Below are positions 1 to 10,222 of a DNA stretch of 32,000 bases, piece after piece. The notes under the pieces are model-generated. The model ran no database searches. It had not been told where the DNA came from and saw nothing but the letters and a program-made list of their open reading frames with translations. The number at the start of each line of letters is the position of its first letter. Within the stretch, counting starts at the first letter, position 1. The stretch is taken from assembly GCA_965234525.1 (NCBI GenBank), contig OZ248515.1:1124032-1156031 (forward strand). The letters run 5' to 3'. Made by a program: the position numbers and the translations under genes. This DNA is from Caulobacteraceae bacterium. Lineage in GTDB: Bacteria > Pseudomonadota > Alphaproteobacteria > Caulobacterales > Aquidulcibacteraceae.

Positions 1-2
1 GG

Positions 3-158
3 GCCCCAACCTATTCACCACCCGGCACAGATGTGATGAATCAAACTTCGTCATCGGGAGGCTCGGCCGATCCAAAGCCGCCGCCATCATCCCAAAACGT
101 TCAGCAAGCGGCTCAGGCGATTCCGACGGCCGTTAAAGTATATCGGGGAGGGCAGTGA
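3..158 (+). CDS. cpaB: C-terminal end of Flp pilus assembly protein CpaB/RcpC (5' truncated by window edge)
   Basis: Open frame from position 3 ending ...QNVQQAAQAIPTAVKVYRGGQ* with TGA at 156-158, overlapping the cpaC start. The VxVYRGG-type tail and the position immediately before cpaC fit CpaB. Confidence 0.6.
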   Translation, partial: APTYSPPGTDVMNQTSSSGGSADPKPPPSSQNVQQAAQAIPTAVKVYRGGQ

Positions 159-1780
159 TGCAGCCAACCCAAAGCGTGAAATTTGTTCTAGCCGCGGTTT
201 CATGCCTAGCGCTAAGCGCTTTAGTGTCCCCGAGTGTCTTATTCGCTCAATCTGGGCAAGGTGCCGCGATCAAGGCCACACCCGAGCAGCCTATGCCTCA
301 ACGGCTTACCTTGGCGCTTGGCAAATCGGCAATCGTCGATCTGCCGGTTGAAGCCCGTGACGTTGTGGTTTCCGATCCCTCGATAGCAGACGCGGTGATG
401 CGCACCAGCCGACGTGGCTTTGTGCTCGGCACGAAGGTCGGTGAAACAAATGTCTTCTTTTTGGATGCACAAGGTCGTCAGATTCTGGCACTTGAGATCC
501 GGGTTGCCCGCGACACCTCGGAACTAAGCGCGTTGATTCAACGTCTGGTACCCGAAGCCCGTGTGGTGGTCGATAGTGTTGCTGATTCGATCATTCTGAC
601 CGGGGACGTCCCAAATGGCTTGGTCGCCGATCAGGTTTTGCGGATTTCGAGCCAATATGCCGGGAACGCCGATAAAGTTCTAAACATGATGAGCGTCCTT
701 TCAGGCGATCAAGTCATGCTACGGGTGCGGATTGTTGAAATGCAGCGGTCTGTCATCAAGCAACTAGGGATGAATCTGTCTTCGTCCAATATCCTAAATC
801 AATTGTTGCCCGAAGATTGGGGCATCAAGTTTGCAACGGCCAATGGTTTCTCGGTTAATGGTGCCTTTTTGGGCGGAACCACGCTCGACTCGACCTGGGC
901 CCAGAACTTCATTCGGCCGGTCTCAAATTCGTTCCTAAGTGGCACTTCGGAACTTCTTGACCCCACAGTAGGCGCAGGCGCTGGCGGCTTTAGCTCGAAG
1001 TTTAACCCAGAGACGGGCCGCACTGAAGTCACCTATGGTCCAGGTGAATTGGTAACCGGGCAACGCGCTGACAGTAATATACAAGCCTTGGAACGCGTTG
1101 GCTTGGCCCGAACCTTGGCCGAGCCAAACCTGACTGCTACCTCGGGAGAGCCTGCGAAATTCCTGGCCGGTGGCGAATTTCCAGTACCGACAGCCCAAGA
1201 AGGCAACCGTGTTTCTGTGGAATTCAAGCCATTTGGTGTTGGTTTGGGCTTTACACCGATCATCCTCAGCGCCGACCGAATTTCACTTAAGGTTTCGACC
1301 GAAGTGTCTGAGATTTCGACGGCGGCTTCTTTCCGCCAAGCAGATACGCTGATCCGCGACGCCGCCGGCAACGTGACTGACACCATTCGCGGCTTGTCGA
1401 TCCCCGGCGTTTCAGTTCGCCGCGCCGAGAACACGATGGAACTGCCTTCCGGTCGCTCGATGGTGATGGCTGGTCTGATCCAGCAATCGACGCGCCAATC
1501 TATTGAGGGTTTGCCCGGCTTAAAAGACTTGCCAGTCTTGGGAAATTTGTTCCGTTCGCGCGATTTCCAAAGCAATGAGACAGAACTCGTCATCATCGTC
1601 ACGCCTTATATCGTGAAATCGGCCTCGATGGATGAGCTTCAGACCCCAGGCGATGGCTATGCCCCGGCCAGTGACACGGCAGCTTTGCTGCTGGGTCGCA
1701 TGAATAGAATGGTGAAGCCCGGTTCCAAAGGGCTGCCAAAAGGACGTTACCGAGCCCCTATCGGACATATTGTGAATTAG
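155..1780 (+). CDS. cpaC: CpaC/RcpA-family Tad pilus secretin (GTG at 155 or ATG at 158)
   Basis: 541 aa ORF with signal peptide, N-terminal pilus assembly/BON-like region (GKSAIVDLPVEARDVVVSDPSIADAV) and secretin core (LAEPNLTATSGEPAKFLAGGEFPVP). Confidence 0.95.
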   Translation: MMQPTQSVKFVLAAVSCLALSALVSPSVLFAQSGQGAAIKATPEQPMPQRLTLALGKSAIVDLPVEARDVVVSDPSIADAVMRTSRRGFVLGTKVGETNVFFLDAQGRQILALEIRVARDTSELSALIQRLVPEARVVVDSVADSIILTGDVPNGLVADQVLRISSQYAGNADKVLNMMSVLSGDQVMLRVRIVEMQRSVIKQLGMNLSSSNILNQLLPEDWGIKFATANGFSVNGAFLGGTTLDSTWAQNFIRPVSNSFLSGTSELLDPTVGAGAGGFSSKFNPETGRTEVTYGPGELVTGQRADSNIQALERVGLARTLAEPNLTATSGEPAKFLAGGEFPVPTAQEGNRVSVEFKPFGVGLGFTPIILSADRISLKVSTEVSEISTAASFRQADTLIRDAAGNVTDTIRGLSIPGVSVRRAENTMELPSGRSMVMAGLIQQSTRQSIEGLPGLKDLPVLGNLFRSRDFQSNETELVIIVTPYIVKSASMDELQTPGDGYAPASDTAALLLGRMNRMVKPGSKGLPKGRYRAPIGHIVN

Positions 1781-1796
1781 AGTCAGGAAGAAGCCG

Positions 1797-2540
1797 ATGA
1801 CAAGAGAAGTCGCGAAATATGCTTCACTCGCTCAGCTGAGCAAACCCGCCCTTACAGCGGTCGCTCTCACTGCGTTGATGGCGTTAGGCGCCTGTGGAGG
1901 CGCAAGCGCCGCCAAAGAGGAGCCAGCGGTAGATCGGGTTGAGAAAGCGCATCTTGAGCGCACCGTTCTGGATGCCTTTAAGCCTGAAGCCATCCCCGTG
2001 GAAGCACGCATCGCCATTTCCGCGCCCAGCGGCGCGATTGGCACAACTGTTCAAGACGCGGCTGAGCTAAAGTCGTTCGCACAAGAATATGTGCGCCTCG
2101 GCCGTGGCAACGTTGTTGTCTCGGTGCCGACAAACGCGAGCAATAGCCAAAGCGCCGCCCAAGTCGCCCAAGACGTGCAACGGGCCCTGTTTCTCGGTGG
2201 CGTGGATTTTTCAAAAATCTCTGTCGGCCCCTACCAAGCCCAAGGTCAAACAGATGCGCCAATTTTGATTTCCTTTGGGCGGTATGAGACCAAGCCGATC
2301 GTTTGTGAGCCGTGGACATCCTTTGATCCACGAAAGACTGCTGAGAACATTCCGCCTGACCGTTTCGGCTGCGCGCAAAATGCCAATTTGGCAGCGATGG
2401 TTGCGGACCCCGGCGACTTATTAGGCGATCGCAAAGAAGGCCCGCGCGACGCAGCTCGACTCCAAAACGGTATCGATTTGCATCGCAAAGGCGGCGTCCC
2501 GACCGTTAGTGGAGCCGTTGCAGCCGGGGGTGGCAAATGA
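1797..2540 (+). CDS. cpaD: CpaD-family pilus assembly lipoprotein
   Basis: Lipobox-like LMALGACGG, CpaD-like core, and position between cpaC and cpaE. Confidence 0.9.
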   Translation: MTREVAKYASLAQLSKPALTAVALTALMALGACGGASAAKEEPAVDRVEKAHLERTVLDAFKPEAIPVEARIAISAPSGAIGTTVQDAAELKSFAQEYVRLGRGNVVVSVPTNASNSQSAAQVAQDVQRALFLGGVDFSKISVGPYQAQGQTDAPILISFGRYETKPIVCEPWTSFDPRKTAENIPPDRFGCAQNANLAAMVADPGDLLGDRKEGPRDAARLQNGIDLHRKGGVPTVSGAVAAGGGK

Positions 2541-3931
2541 TTGGGAATGCAAAACGCAAGCCCATGTGGGAAGAGTTGGCATCGGCTGACGAGCCTTTCG
2601 AGCTTGACGCCGATCTGGATTTCTTGGAGCCAACCCACGCTCAAAACGTTCCAGCACCTGCTTCTCCGGGTGACTTTGATGCGGCTGCCTTTGAAGAAAC
2701 CTATGTGGGTGAGCTAGCCCGTGGTGGCGACCAACCGGTACCGCGGATCTCGGTCCAAGTATTTTGTGAGCGGCCAGATACGGCCCAGCTCTTGCAATCG
2801 GCCTCAACGGATCGTCGCATCGCGAAAGCGCATGTGACTGTTTCAATGGGCGGCTTGGCGGGTGCCATTGAATTCTTCCAGTCCCAACCCTCGCCCAACT
2901 TAATCATCGTTGAGAGTTTAGCGCCCCCAGCAACCTTGATCCAGCAATTGGATGAATTGGCCTCCTATTGCGAGCCAGGCGTTAAGGTGATCCTGATTGG
3001 AGAATCGAACGATATCGGTCTGTATCGGGAGCTGATCCGCCGTGGCGTTTCAGAATACCTAGTGCCACCGCTGCAACCGCTGCAGCTGATCCGCACCATT
3101 TCTGGCCTTTATGTGGATCCAAGCAAGCCCTTCTTGGGTCGCACCATTGCCTTCGTAGGTGCCAAAGGTGGAGCTGGATCTTCTACCATCGCTCACAATG
3201 TGGCGTGGTGTATGGCAGAGCATGCGCGAGTAAACACAACCTTGGTTGACCTCGACCTTTCGTGGGGAACAACCGGGCTTGATTTCAACACGGATCCGGC
3301 GACCGGCATTGCCGATGCGTTGGAACAGCCCGAACGGGTCGACGATGTGTTGCTGGACCGCTTGCTGACCCGTCACACGGATCATTTGACCTTGTTCACC
3401 GCACCCGCCTCCCTCGAGCGCGAGTTTGAGATTTCGCCAGAAGCTTATGAAACTGTGATTGAAGGTGTGCGCCGGGGTGTGCCTTATGTTGTGCTCGATC
3501 TGCCGCACACTTGGTCAAAATGGATGCGTCAAACATTGTTGTCTGCCGATGAAGTTGTTGTAGTCGCACAGCCAGATTTGGCTGGCCTGCGCAACGCAAA
3601 GAACATTTTTGACATGGTCCGGGTAGGTCGCCCGAACGATACTCCGCCAAAAGTAATTCTAAATATGGTTGGTGTGGCAAAGCGGCCTGAAATCCCCGTC
3701 AAAGACTTTGCCGACGCCTTGGGCGTACAGCCAACGCTTGTCCTACCTTATGATCCCCAACTGTTTGGTACGGCGAGCAATAATGGGCAAATGCTGGCCA
3801 ACGTGAACCCAAACAGCAAATGTGCGGAGGGCATGGACTTTTTGGCTCAGCTCTTCACCGGTCGGGTGCCGCAACCAAAGGCTAAGACCACCTTCCTCTC
3901 AAAACTAATCCCCGCAAAAGCGGCTAAGTGA
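2537..3931 (+). CDS. cpaE: CpaE/TadZ-like ATPase (receiver-like N-terminus plus ParA/MinD-like ATPase)
   Basis: Walker A variant GAKGGAGSSTIAHNVAW, ILIGESNDIGLYRELIRRGVSEYLVPPLQP; overlaps the cpaD stop. Confidence 0.93.
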   Translation: MIGNAKRKPMWEELASADEPFELDADLDFLEPTHAQNVPAPASPGDFDAAAFEETYVGELARGGDQPVPRISVQVFCERPDTAQLLQSASTDRRIAKAHVTVSMGGLAGAIEFFQSQPSPNLIIVESLAPPATLIQQLDELASYCEPGVKVILIGESNDIGLYRELIRRGVSEYLVPPLQPLQLIRTISGLYVDPSKPFLGRTIAFVGAKGGAGSSTIAHNVAWCMAEHARVNTTLVDLDLSWGTTGLDFNTDPATGIADALEQPERVDDVLLDRLLTRHTDHLTLFTAPASLEREFEISPEAYETVIEGVRRGVPYVVLDLPHTWSKWMRQTLLSADEVVVVAQPDLAGLRNAKNIFDMVRVGRPNDTPPKVILNMVGVAKRPEIPVKDFADALGVQPTLVLPYDPQLFGTASNNGQMLANVNPNSKCAEGMDFLAQLFTGRVPQPKAKTTFLSKLIPAKAAK

Positions 3932-3938
3932 GGATAGG

Positions 3939-5429
3939 ATGTTTGGTAAACGCGCAGACGGGGCGGCAAAGGCAACAGCACCCCCCAAGTTTGCCCCCCT
4001 TGAGGCCCAAAAGCCAGTAGCAGCACCCGTATCGCCGCCGTCAACCCCCGCCGCGGCAACGGCCGCTGGAACAGTGGACCCTGCGCGGGTCGCAAAGGCT
4101 GTGCGCGCGCCGACGCAATCGGCCCCGCCTCCAAGCCCTGAAAATGATGGGCGAACTGATGAATATTATCGCACGAAAGCGTCGATTTATAACGCCTTAA
4201 TCGAGACGATCGATCTGGGCCAATTGGCGGCATTAGACCAACGCACGGCCCGCGATGAAATCCGCGATATTGTCAACGAGATCATTGCAATCAAGCAGGT
4301 GATTATATCGGTTGCTGAGCAAGAGCAATTGCTCGGCGATATTGTCAACGACGTGCTGGGCTACGGGCCGTTGGAACCCCTGTTGGCACGCGACGACATT
4401 GCCGACATCATGGTCAATGGTGCCAACAGCGTGTTTATCGAAGTCAGCGGGAAGGTAACCAAGACACCAATCCGGTTCCGTGACAATCAACAATTGATGA
4501 ACATCTGTCAGCGCATTGTAAGCCAAGTTGGTCGCCGCGTAGATGAAAGCTCACCCATATGCGACGCGCGGCTACCCGACGGCTCTCGTGTCAACGTGAT
4601 TGTGCCGCCCTTGGCACTCGATGGACCTACCCTCACGATTCGTAAGTTCAAAAAAGACAAATTGCGAATGAAGGACCTGGTCGGATTCGGCGCGATTTCC
4701 GAGCCGGCAGGCAAGGTTCTAGGTATTATTGGGGCGGCACGATGTAATGTGCTGATTTCTGGGGGTACCGGGTCGGGTAAGACCACCCTGCTCAACTGTT
4801 TGACCGGTTACATCGCGCCAGACGAACGCGTCATCACCTGCGAAGACGCGGCAGAACTGCAACTACAGCAGCCCCATGTTGTCCGCCTTGAAACCCGCCC
4901 TCCAAACCTAGAAGGCCAAGGTGCTGTGCACATGCGCGACTTGGTCAAAAACTGTCTGCGGATGCGTCCCGAGCGCATCATCGTCGGCGAAGTGCGCGGT
5001 CCTGAAGCGTTTGACTTGTTACAAGCGATGAATACGGGCCACGACGGTTCGATGGGCACTTTGCACGCCAACAGCCCGCGCGAAGGCCTTTCGCGAATGG
5101 AAAGCATGATCACCATGGGCGGCTTCTCGCTGCCCACCAAGACAATCCGTGAGATGATCGTTGGTTCGATCGACGTTGTTATTCAGGCGGCCCGTCTTCG
5201 CGACGGTTCCCGCAAGATCACACACATCACAGAAGTCTTGGGCCTAGAAGGTGATGTGATTGTTACGCAAGACCTCATTGTATTCGAGATGGAAGGTGAG
5301 GACGCGAACGGTAAGATTATTGGCAAGCATCGGTCCACAGGCATCGCGCGCCCGAAATTCTGGGATCGCGCCCGCTATTACGGACTCGAGAAAGAGCTCG
5401 CCGAAGCCCTTGATGCAGCAGACGTCTAA
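3939..5429 (+). CDS. cpaF: CpaF/TadA-family secretion ATPase
   Basis: GGTGSGKTTLLNCL, ERVITCEDAAELQLQQPHVVRLETRPPN, RMRPERIIVGEVRGPEAFDLLQAMNTGHDGSMGTLHANSPR. Confidence 0.97.
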   Translation: MFGKRADGAAKATAPPKFAPLEAQKPVAAPVSPPSTPAAATAAGTVDPARVAKAVRAPTQSAPPPSPENDGRTDEYYRTKASIYNALIETIDLGQLAALDQRTARDEIRDIVNEIIAIKQVIISVAEQEQLLGDIVNDVLGYGPLEPLLARDDIADIMVNGANSVFIEVSGKVTKTPIRFRDNQQLMNICQRIVSQVGRRVDESSPICDARLPDGSRVNVIVPPLALDGPTLTIRKFKKDKLRMKDLVGFGAISEPAGKVLGIIGAARCNVLISGGTGSGKTTLLNCLTGYIAPDERVITCEDAAELQLQQPHVVRLETRPPNLEGQGAVHMRDLVKNCLRMRPERIIVGEVRGPEAFDLLQAMNTGHDGSMGTLHANSPREGLSRMESMITMGGFSLPTKTIREMIVGSIDVVIQAARLRDGSRKITHITEVLGLEGDVIVTQDLIVFEMEGEDANGKIIGKHRSTGIARPKFWDRARYYGLEKELAEALDAADV

Positions 5430-5434
5430 CGAAC

Positions 5435-6409
5435 ATGGATCTTGGAACTATCATTCCTATTTTGGTTGCAGCCGGGGTGCTGCTCCTCGGCATTGCGCTT
5501 GCTGGCGATGACAATAAGGAATCGCAAAAGCGACTTAAGTCGGTTGCACAGTCGCGGGAATCCGCAGTTAAGCGCCGGGTTGCAGACCCTGACGAGACCC
5601 GCCGCAAGCGCTTGTTGGGCAGTATCAAAGACATCGAGATGCGTGAACGCCAATTGCGGCGCGCGCGTCTGTCAGTTGGTGCACGAATTGAGCAGGCTGG
5701 CCTGACCATCGAGGAAAAGACCTTCTGGATCGCATCGGGCGGCCTCGGCATCTTGGTGGGCCTTGGGATCCTCATCAGCGGCAATGCTTGGTACTTTGCT
5801 TTGGCCGGGGCTGGGGTTGCGGGTCTTGGCTTGCCGCGCTGGATTGTGGGCTTTTTGGTTGGCCGCAGACAAAAGAAATTCATTGCCGAATTTGCAAACG
5901 CAATCGATGTTATTGTGCGAGGCGTTAAATCCGGCCTGCCTTTGGCGGAGTGTCTGAAGATCATCGCTCGCGAGGCACCAGAACCGCTATGCACCGAGTT
6001 TCGCCGGATTTGCGACAGCCAATCCATGGGCGTACCAATGGATCAATGCTTGGCAAAGTTGTTCGAACGTATGCCACTGCCCGAAGTGAGCTTTTTCTCT
6101 ATCGTGCTATCGATCCAATTGAAGGCCGGCGGTAACTTGTCAGAAGCGCTTGGCAATTTGTCAATGATCTTGCGATCACGAAAACTGATGCGGGAGAAGA
6201 TCAACGCGTTGTCCTCAGAGGCCAAGGCGTCTGCGATGATCATCGGTGCTTTGCCGATCTGTGTCTGTGTGATGGTCTATATCACCAGCCCTGCCTACAT
6301 GGGCCTGCTCTTCACTGACCCAACAGGAAATATGGGTCTGGGCGTGGGTATCTTGATGATGGCAACTGGAATTTTCGTCATGCGCAACATGATTAACTTC
6401 GACATTTAG
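5435..6409 (+). CDS. tadB: TadB-like type II secretion F-family membrane protein
   Basis: Multi-TM protein with GLPLAECLKIIAREAPEPLCTEF and GGNLSEALGNLSMILRSRKLMREK motifs; gene order cpaF-tadB-tadC. Confidence 0.92.
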   Translation: MDLGTIIPILVAAGVLLLGIALAGDDNKESQKRLKSVAQSRESAVKRRVADPDETRRKRLLGSIKDIEMRERQLRRARLSVGARIEQAGLTIEEKTFWIASGGLGILVGLGILISGNAWYFALAGAGVAGLGLPRWIVGFLVGRRQKKFIAEFANAIDVIVRGVKSGLPLAECLKIIAREAPEPLCTEFRRICDSQSMGVPMDQCLAKLFERMPLPEVSFFSIVLSIQLKAGGNLSEALGNLSMILRSRKLMREKINALSSEAKASAMIIGALPICVCVMVYITSPAYMGLLFTDPTGNMGLGVGILMMATGIFVMRNMINFDI

Positions 6410-6419
6410 GGAACGAACG

Positions 6420-7448
6420 ATGTTCGTAGAAGTTAGAGAATTTGCTCGAATGGTCACAGATCCAGAGTTTCTGGCATCTGTAATCATGGCTGTTGCGCTC
6501 TTAGTAACCGCGATAACGGTTGCTCAACCCCTGTGGAAGACCGACCAGCTTGCGGCGCGCATGAGGGGCGTAGCGACGGATCGTGAATCTATGCGCCGCA
6601 AGAACCGGGCAACGATCGCCAGTGAGCAGGCCGAAAAAAACTCACTTAGACAACGCGCCAAGGGTCCTTGGAAGTCCATCGTCGACAAGCTGAATCTACA
6701 GAAGCTTCTTGAAGATCCAAATGTGACGCAGAATCTTTTGGAAGCGGGTCTACGTGGGCCAGGTCCCGTAGCCATGTTTTACTTTGCGCGCTTTGCAACA
6801 CCCATTTTGTTCTTCATCGGTGCCCTAGCTTACGTGACGGTATTCGGTAAAGACATGACCAGCAACAACCGGCTTATTACAGCCGTAAGTGCTTGTGTGG
6901 CAGGTTTTTACTTGCCCAATTTTATTGTCAAAAACATATCAACAAAGCGACGCAAATCAATTATGCGCGCATTCCCCGATGCTTTGGATTTGCTGCTTAT
7001 CTGCGTTGAATCAGGCATGTCCATCGAACTTGCATTCTTGCGCGTCGGGCAAGAAATTGGGTCATCGTCGATTGAGCTCGCTGAAGAGTTAAGCCTAACC
7101 AATGCCGAGCTCGCCTACTTACAAGATCGCCGGGTCGCATACGAGAATTTGGCAAAACGCACCAACCACCCGGGCGTAAAGGGAGTCGCCACAGCCCTGA
7201 TCCAAGCGGAGCGATACGGTACACCCCTGGGCTCAGCTTTACGTGTTATGGCGAAAGAAAACCGCGAACTTCGCATGACGGAGGCAGAGAAAAAAGCAGC
7301 CGCATTGCCGGCACAGCTAACTGTGCCAATGATCGTATTTTTCCTGCCGGTTTTGTTTATTGTTATCCTGACCCCGGCCTACATCCAATATCAGAATATG
7401 AATAGCGGTACTGGTCCGAAGAATGTCTCAGGCGGCGCGTCGCGCTAA
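6420..7448 (+). CDS. tadC: TadC-like type II secretion F-family membrane protein
   Basis: FPDALDLLLICVESGMSIELAFLRV and LRVMAKENRELRMTEAEKKAAALPAQLTVPMIVFFLPVLFIVILTPAYI; last gene of the tad block. Confidence 0.92.
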   Translation: MFVEVREFARMVTDPEFLASVIMAVALLVTAITVAQPLWKTDQLAARMRGVATDRESMRRKNRATIASEQAEKNSLRQRAKGPWKSIVDKLNLQKLLEDPNVTQNLLEAGLRGPGPVAMFYFARFATPILFFIGALAYVTVFGKDMTSNNRLITAVSACVAGFYLPNFIVKNISTKRRKSIMRAFPDALDLLLICVESGMSIELAFLRVGQEIGSSSIELAEELSLTNAELAYLQDRRVAYENLAKRTNHPGVKGVATALIQAERYGTPLGSALRVMAKENRELRMTEAEKKAAALPAQLTVPMIVFFLPVLFIVILTPAYIQYQNMNSGTGPKNVSGGASR

Positions 7449-7472
7449 CACAGACGCGAAAGCCTCTGTGTT
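7447..7472. terminator. Candidate bidirectional terminator/hairpin between convergent genes
   Basis: AACACAGA-cgcgaaagcc-TCTGTGTT: perfect 8-bp stem with 10-nt loop, overlapping the tadC stop and 12 bp from the end of the convergent zinc-finger gene. No clear U-tract. Confidence 0.5.
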
Positions 7473-7483
7473 GTTAAGCGATG

Positions 7484-7681
7484 CTAGTGTGCATCTGCTC
7501 CATCCTTGCTGATGTAAACGCGGCCACAATACAGGCACTCAACTTTGCCTTCGTCACCCATCTCGTACCAGACTTTAGGGTGACCCAATGAACCGCCGCC
7601 GCCATCACAAGCAACGCGATGATTGTCCACATAAATGGTTTCAACTGGCTGGGCTGAATTTGGCGAACCGTTGACGGACAT
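7484..7681 (-). CDS. Small zinc-finger (zf-CHCC, NDUFS6-like) domain protein
   Basis: 65 aa with VACDGGGGSLGHPKVWYEMGDEGKVECLYCGRVY, a C...H...CxxC arrangement. Confidence 0.85.
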   Translation of the reverse strand: MSVNGSPNSAQPVETIYVDNHRVACDGGGGSLGHPKVWYEMGDEGKVECLYCGRVYISKDGADAH

Positions 7682-7783
7682 AAATCTGTTTCTCTCACAG
7701 CAGCGTGATTGCTACGGACTGCGTAGGGGCTTAATTAGAACCTTACGGCCCTATTCGTCAACGTGTGTGCCAAGCGAGAATCC

Positions 7784-8734
7784 ATGACCCAGTCATCTTT
7801 TGCCATTGAAGCCCACAGGCTCCAGAAAACCTATGCGGCTAGCGGGAAATCGCCAGAAAAGCAGGCACTCAAAGGGTTGGATCTGGCTATCCCAAAGGGA
7901 TCGATCTTTGGACTCCTAGGCCCAAACGGCGCCGGAAAATCAACATTTATCAATATCCTTGCAGGCCTTGTCATCAAAACTGCTGGGGAAGTTCGTATTT
8001 GGGACATTGATATCGACAAAGATCACCGCGCTGCAAAGGCTGCAATCGGGATTGTCCCGCAAGAAATCAGTTTCGACGCCTTTTTTACCCCCTTTGAGAC
8101 ATTAGAGCTGCAAGCAGGATTCTACGGCGTACCCCCGAAGGAAAGACGTTCCATGGAATTGCTTGACGCTGTTGGACTCGCCGACAAGCGCGACACCTAT
8201 TCGCGACAATTGTCTGGCGGCATGAAGCGGCGCCTTTTGATTGCTAAGGCCCTGGTTCACACCCCGCCTGTGGTAATTCTGGACGAGCCGACCGCTGGCG
8301 TCGATGTGGAGCTTCGTCGATCATTGTGGGAATATATCACCATGCTCAATAAAGAGCGTGGCGTGACGGTCGTTTTGACAACGCACTATCTCGAAGAGGC
8401 GCAAGAACTGTGCGACAACATCGCGATCATCGACCAAGGTCGCCTGATTGCTTGTGAACCTACGCCCACTATTCTCAGGCGGCTGGACAAAAAGGCTGTA
8501 GTGATTTCGCCACTTGAGCCTTTGACCCAGATTCCCGCAGGCATGGCCAATCTGGAATGCGTATTGCGGCCAGACGGCGCTTTGGCCATTCACTATCGTC
8601 CCAACGAACATAGTGTGGAAGCACTCTTGTCCCAAGCGATGGGTTCTGGCGTTCGGATCAAGGATTTACGGATCGAAGAGCCCAATCTTGAAGACGTCTT
8701 CGTCGCGCTTACGACGCCTGCTGGCGGGCGGTAA
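7784..8734 (+). CDS. ABC transporter ATP-binding protein (ABC-2/CcmA-type)
   Basis: Walker A GLLGPNGAGKST, signature SGGMKRR, Walker B VVILDEPTAGVD; start chosen at internal ATG 7784 (MTQSSFAIEAHRLQKTY). Confidence 0.92.
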   Translation: MTQSSFAIEAHRLQKTYAASGKSPEKQALKGLDLAIPKGSIFGLLGPNGAGKSTFINILAGLVIKTAGEVRIWDIDIDKDHRAAKAAIGIVPQEISFDAFFTPFETLELQAGFYGVPPKERRSMELLDAVGLADKRDTYSRQLSGGMKRRLLIAKALVHTPPVVILDEPTAGVDVELRRSLWEYITMLNKERGVTVVLTTHYLEEAQELCDNIAIIDQGRLIACEPTPTILRRLDKKAVVISPLEPLTQIPAGMANLECVLRPDGALAIHYRPNEHSVEALLSQAMGSGVRIKDLRIEEPNLEDVFVALTTPAGGR

Positions 8735-9425
8735 AGCTCAGGAAGATCGGCTGGCAATCGCCGAGCTTCTTGGTCTCGTAACGCGTCGTGATGTGGTCTT
8801 CAGGCGGGGTCCGCCAGTCGCTTGCTGCCTCGGCCAGCCAGTCAAATCCGCCATGCTGGGTAACTCTCTCAAGCGTCCAAGCAGCATAATTTGCCCAGTC
8901 AGTAGCAAACCGAAGCTCTCCGCCGGGCTTCAATGCCCGTTGAGCATCATCCAAAAACGAGTGCTGAATCAAGCGGCGCTTATTGTGCTTGGCTTTGTGC
9001 CACGGGTCCGGGAACAAGATTACAAGCTTATCGAGACTGCCAAGCTTTAGCGCTTTCAACACCGGCCTTGCATCGGAGGCCAAGAGACGCACGTTGGTTA
9101 GGCCGCGATCCTCTATCCCTACTAAGGCCTTCGCAACGCCTTCTTGGAAAGGTTCCGCGCCCAGGAATAAATGGTTTGGATGACGCTGAGCTTGCCCAAT
9201 CAAATGTTCGCCCCCGCCAAAACCAATTTCAAAGATCACCGCCTCTGCGGCAGGCATCCAGTGAAGCGGATCTAGCGTTTCAGAAGGTTCTGCGGGGATC
9301 GATAAGCTTGGAAACAACGTTTCAAACAACTGCTCTTGGCGATCAGACAGCGCGCGCCCGCGCACTCGGCCAAAGGATCGAAGCGGCCCAAAAGGCTTAG
9401 GAGCGGAAAAATCAGGATTAGACAT
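8709..9425 (-). CDS. trmB: tRNA (guanine(46)-N7)-methyltransferase
   Basis: EIGFGGGEHLIGQAQRHPNHLFLGAEPF, ILFPDPWHKAKHNKRRLIQ; start chosen at MSNPDF. The ORF extends to 9506. Confidence 0.93.
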   Translation of the reverse strand: MSNPDFSAPKPFGPLRSFGRVRGRALSDRQEQLFETLFPSLSIPAEPSETLDPLHWMPAAEAVIFEIGFGGGEHLIGQAQRHPNHLFLGAEPFQEGVAKALVGIEDRGLTNVRLLASDARPVLKALKLGSLDKLVILFPDPWHKAKHNKRRLIQHSFLDDAQRALKPGGELRFATDWANYAAWTLERVTQHGGFDWLAEAASDWRTPPEDHITTRYETKKLGDCQPIFLSFTARQQAS

Positions 9426-9568
9426 CGGTTGATTATGCCTGTTTGCCTGCCCTGGGACCAGACCGCCGCCCACAGCCGAGGCAGCGAAGTCGATGACGCT
9501 GAACAAACGCGAACTCTATGTCCGTTTCTTAAGCGTCATTTCACATTTGCTGATTAGCCTATGGTGCA

Positions 9569-10102
9569 ATGAAACTGGGGAGTAATCGCGTGTCTAACCC
9601 TTGCTTGAAATGCCCAACGGACCAAAGCTGTTGTCGCGAACTTCATGGCCTGAAGATCAACGAAGCAGAATACACGCAGCTTTTTGCTGGAAAGAGTGAA
9701 CACCTTACCGTCACGCGGAAAGGAAAATTGTACGAGCTTTCCTCCCTTGGGAACGGTCCGTGCCCTAATTGGAACCAGCAATGCCAAGTCTATGGCAACC
9801 GGCCAATGGACTGTGACCTTTACCCCTACACGATGGGCAATGTGTTTGAGGGGGATGGGGAGGTTTATGCAACCTACCACAGCCGCACCGAATGCCCACT
9901 GACGGCTGAGCTCTTAGGCCCCCGCGAAAATGCGGAAGCCATGATACGGAAGTTTCTGACAGACACCTATGGCGAGCATTGCAAGGTCACGGTTCGCTAT
10001 GATGAAGGGGCGGCAAGACTTTACCACCTAGCGCGCCGGGCAGCCGCGAAGGCGAAGAGGCTACTCGCCGGCGAAAAAGCCTATGAGAGATTTCTAGATT
10101 GA
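9569..10102 (+). CDS. YkgJ-family cysteine-cluster protein
   Basis: NPCLKCPTDQSCC...GPCPNWNQQCQVYGNRPMDCDLYPY cysteine cluster typical of YkgJ/zinc-iron chelating domain proteins. Confidence 0.8.
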   Translation: MKLGSNRVSNPCLKCPTDQSCCRELHGLKINEAEYTQLFAGKSEHLTVTRKGKLYELSSLGNGPCPNWNQQCQVYGNRPMDCDLYPYTMGNVFEGDGEVYATYHSRTECPLTAELLGPRENAEAMIRKFLTDTYGEHCKVTVRYDEGAARLYHLARRAAAKAKRLLAGEKAYERFLD

Positions 10103-10222
10103 GACTTGCGACCCGGTGTGACGCTATCTGGACCAGTGGCTTTTTGGCAGGGCATGGTGGGAAGATGATTGATAAGTCTTGCGTCGGCCAGCATTCTCTG
10201 ATGCCGGAACCATGATGCGGAC

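Noticed and set aside
1033-1602. 189-aa minus-strand ORF antisense to cpaC
   Set aside because: Shadow ORF within a strongly supported secretin gene, with low-complexity and uncharacteristic composition and no recognisable motif. The same reasoning applies to the other antisense ORFs, such as 3059-3508, 10799-11230, 14553-14753 and 22128-22583.
2537-3931. CpaE receiver-like N-terminus as a novel two-component fusion
   Set aside because: A receiver-like N-terminal region is typical of CpaE/TadZ proteins.
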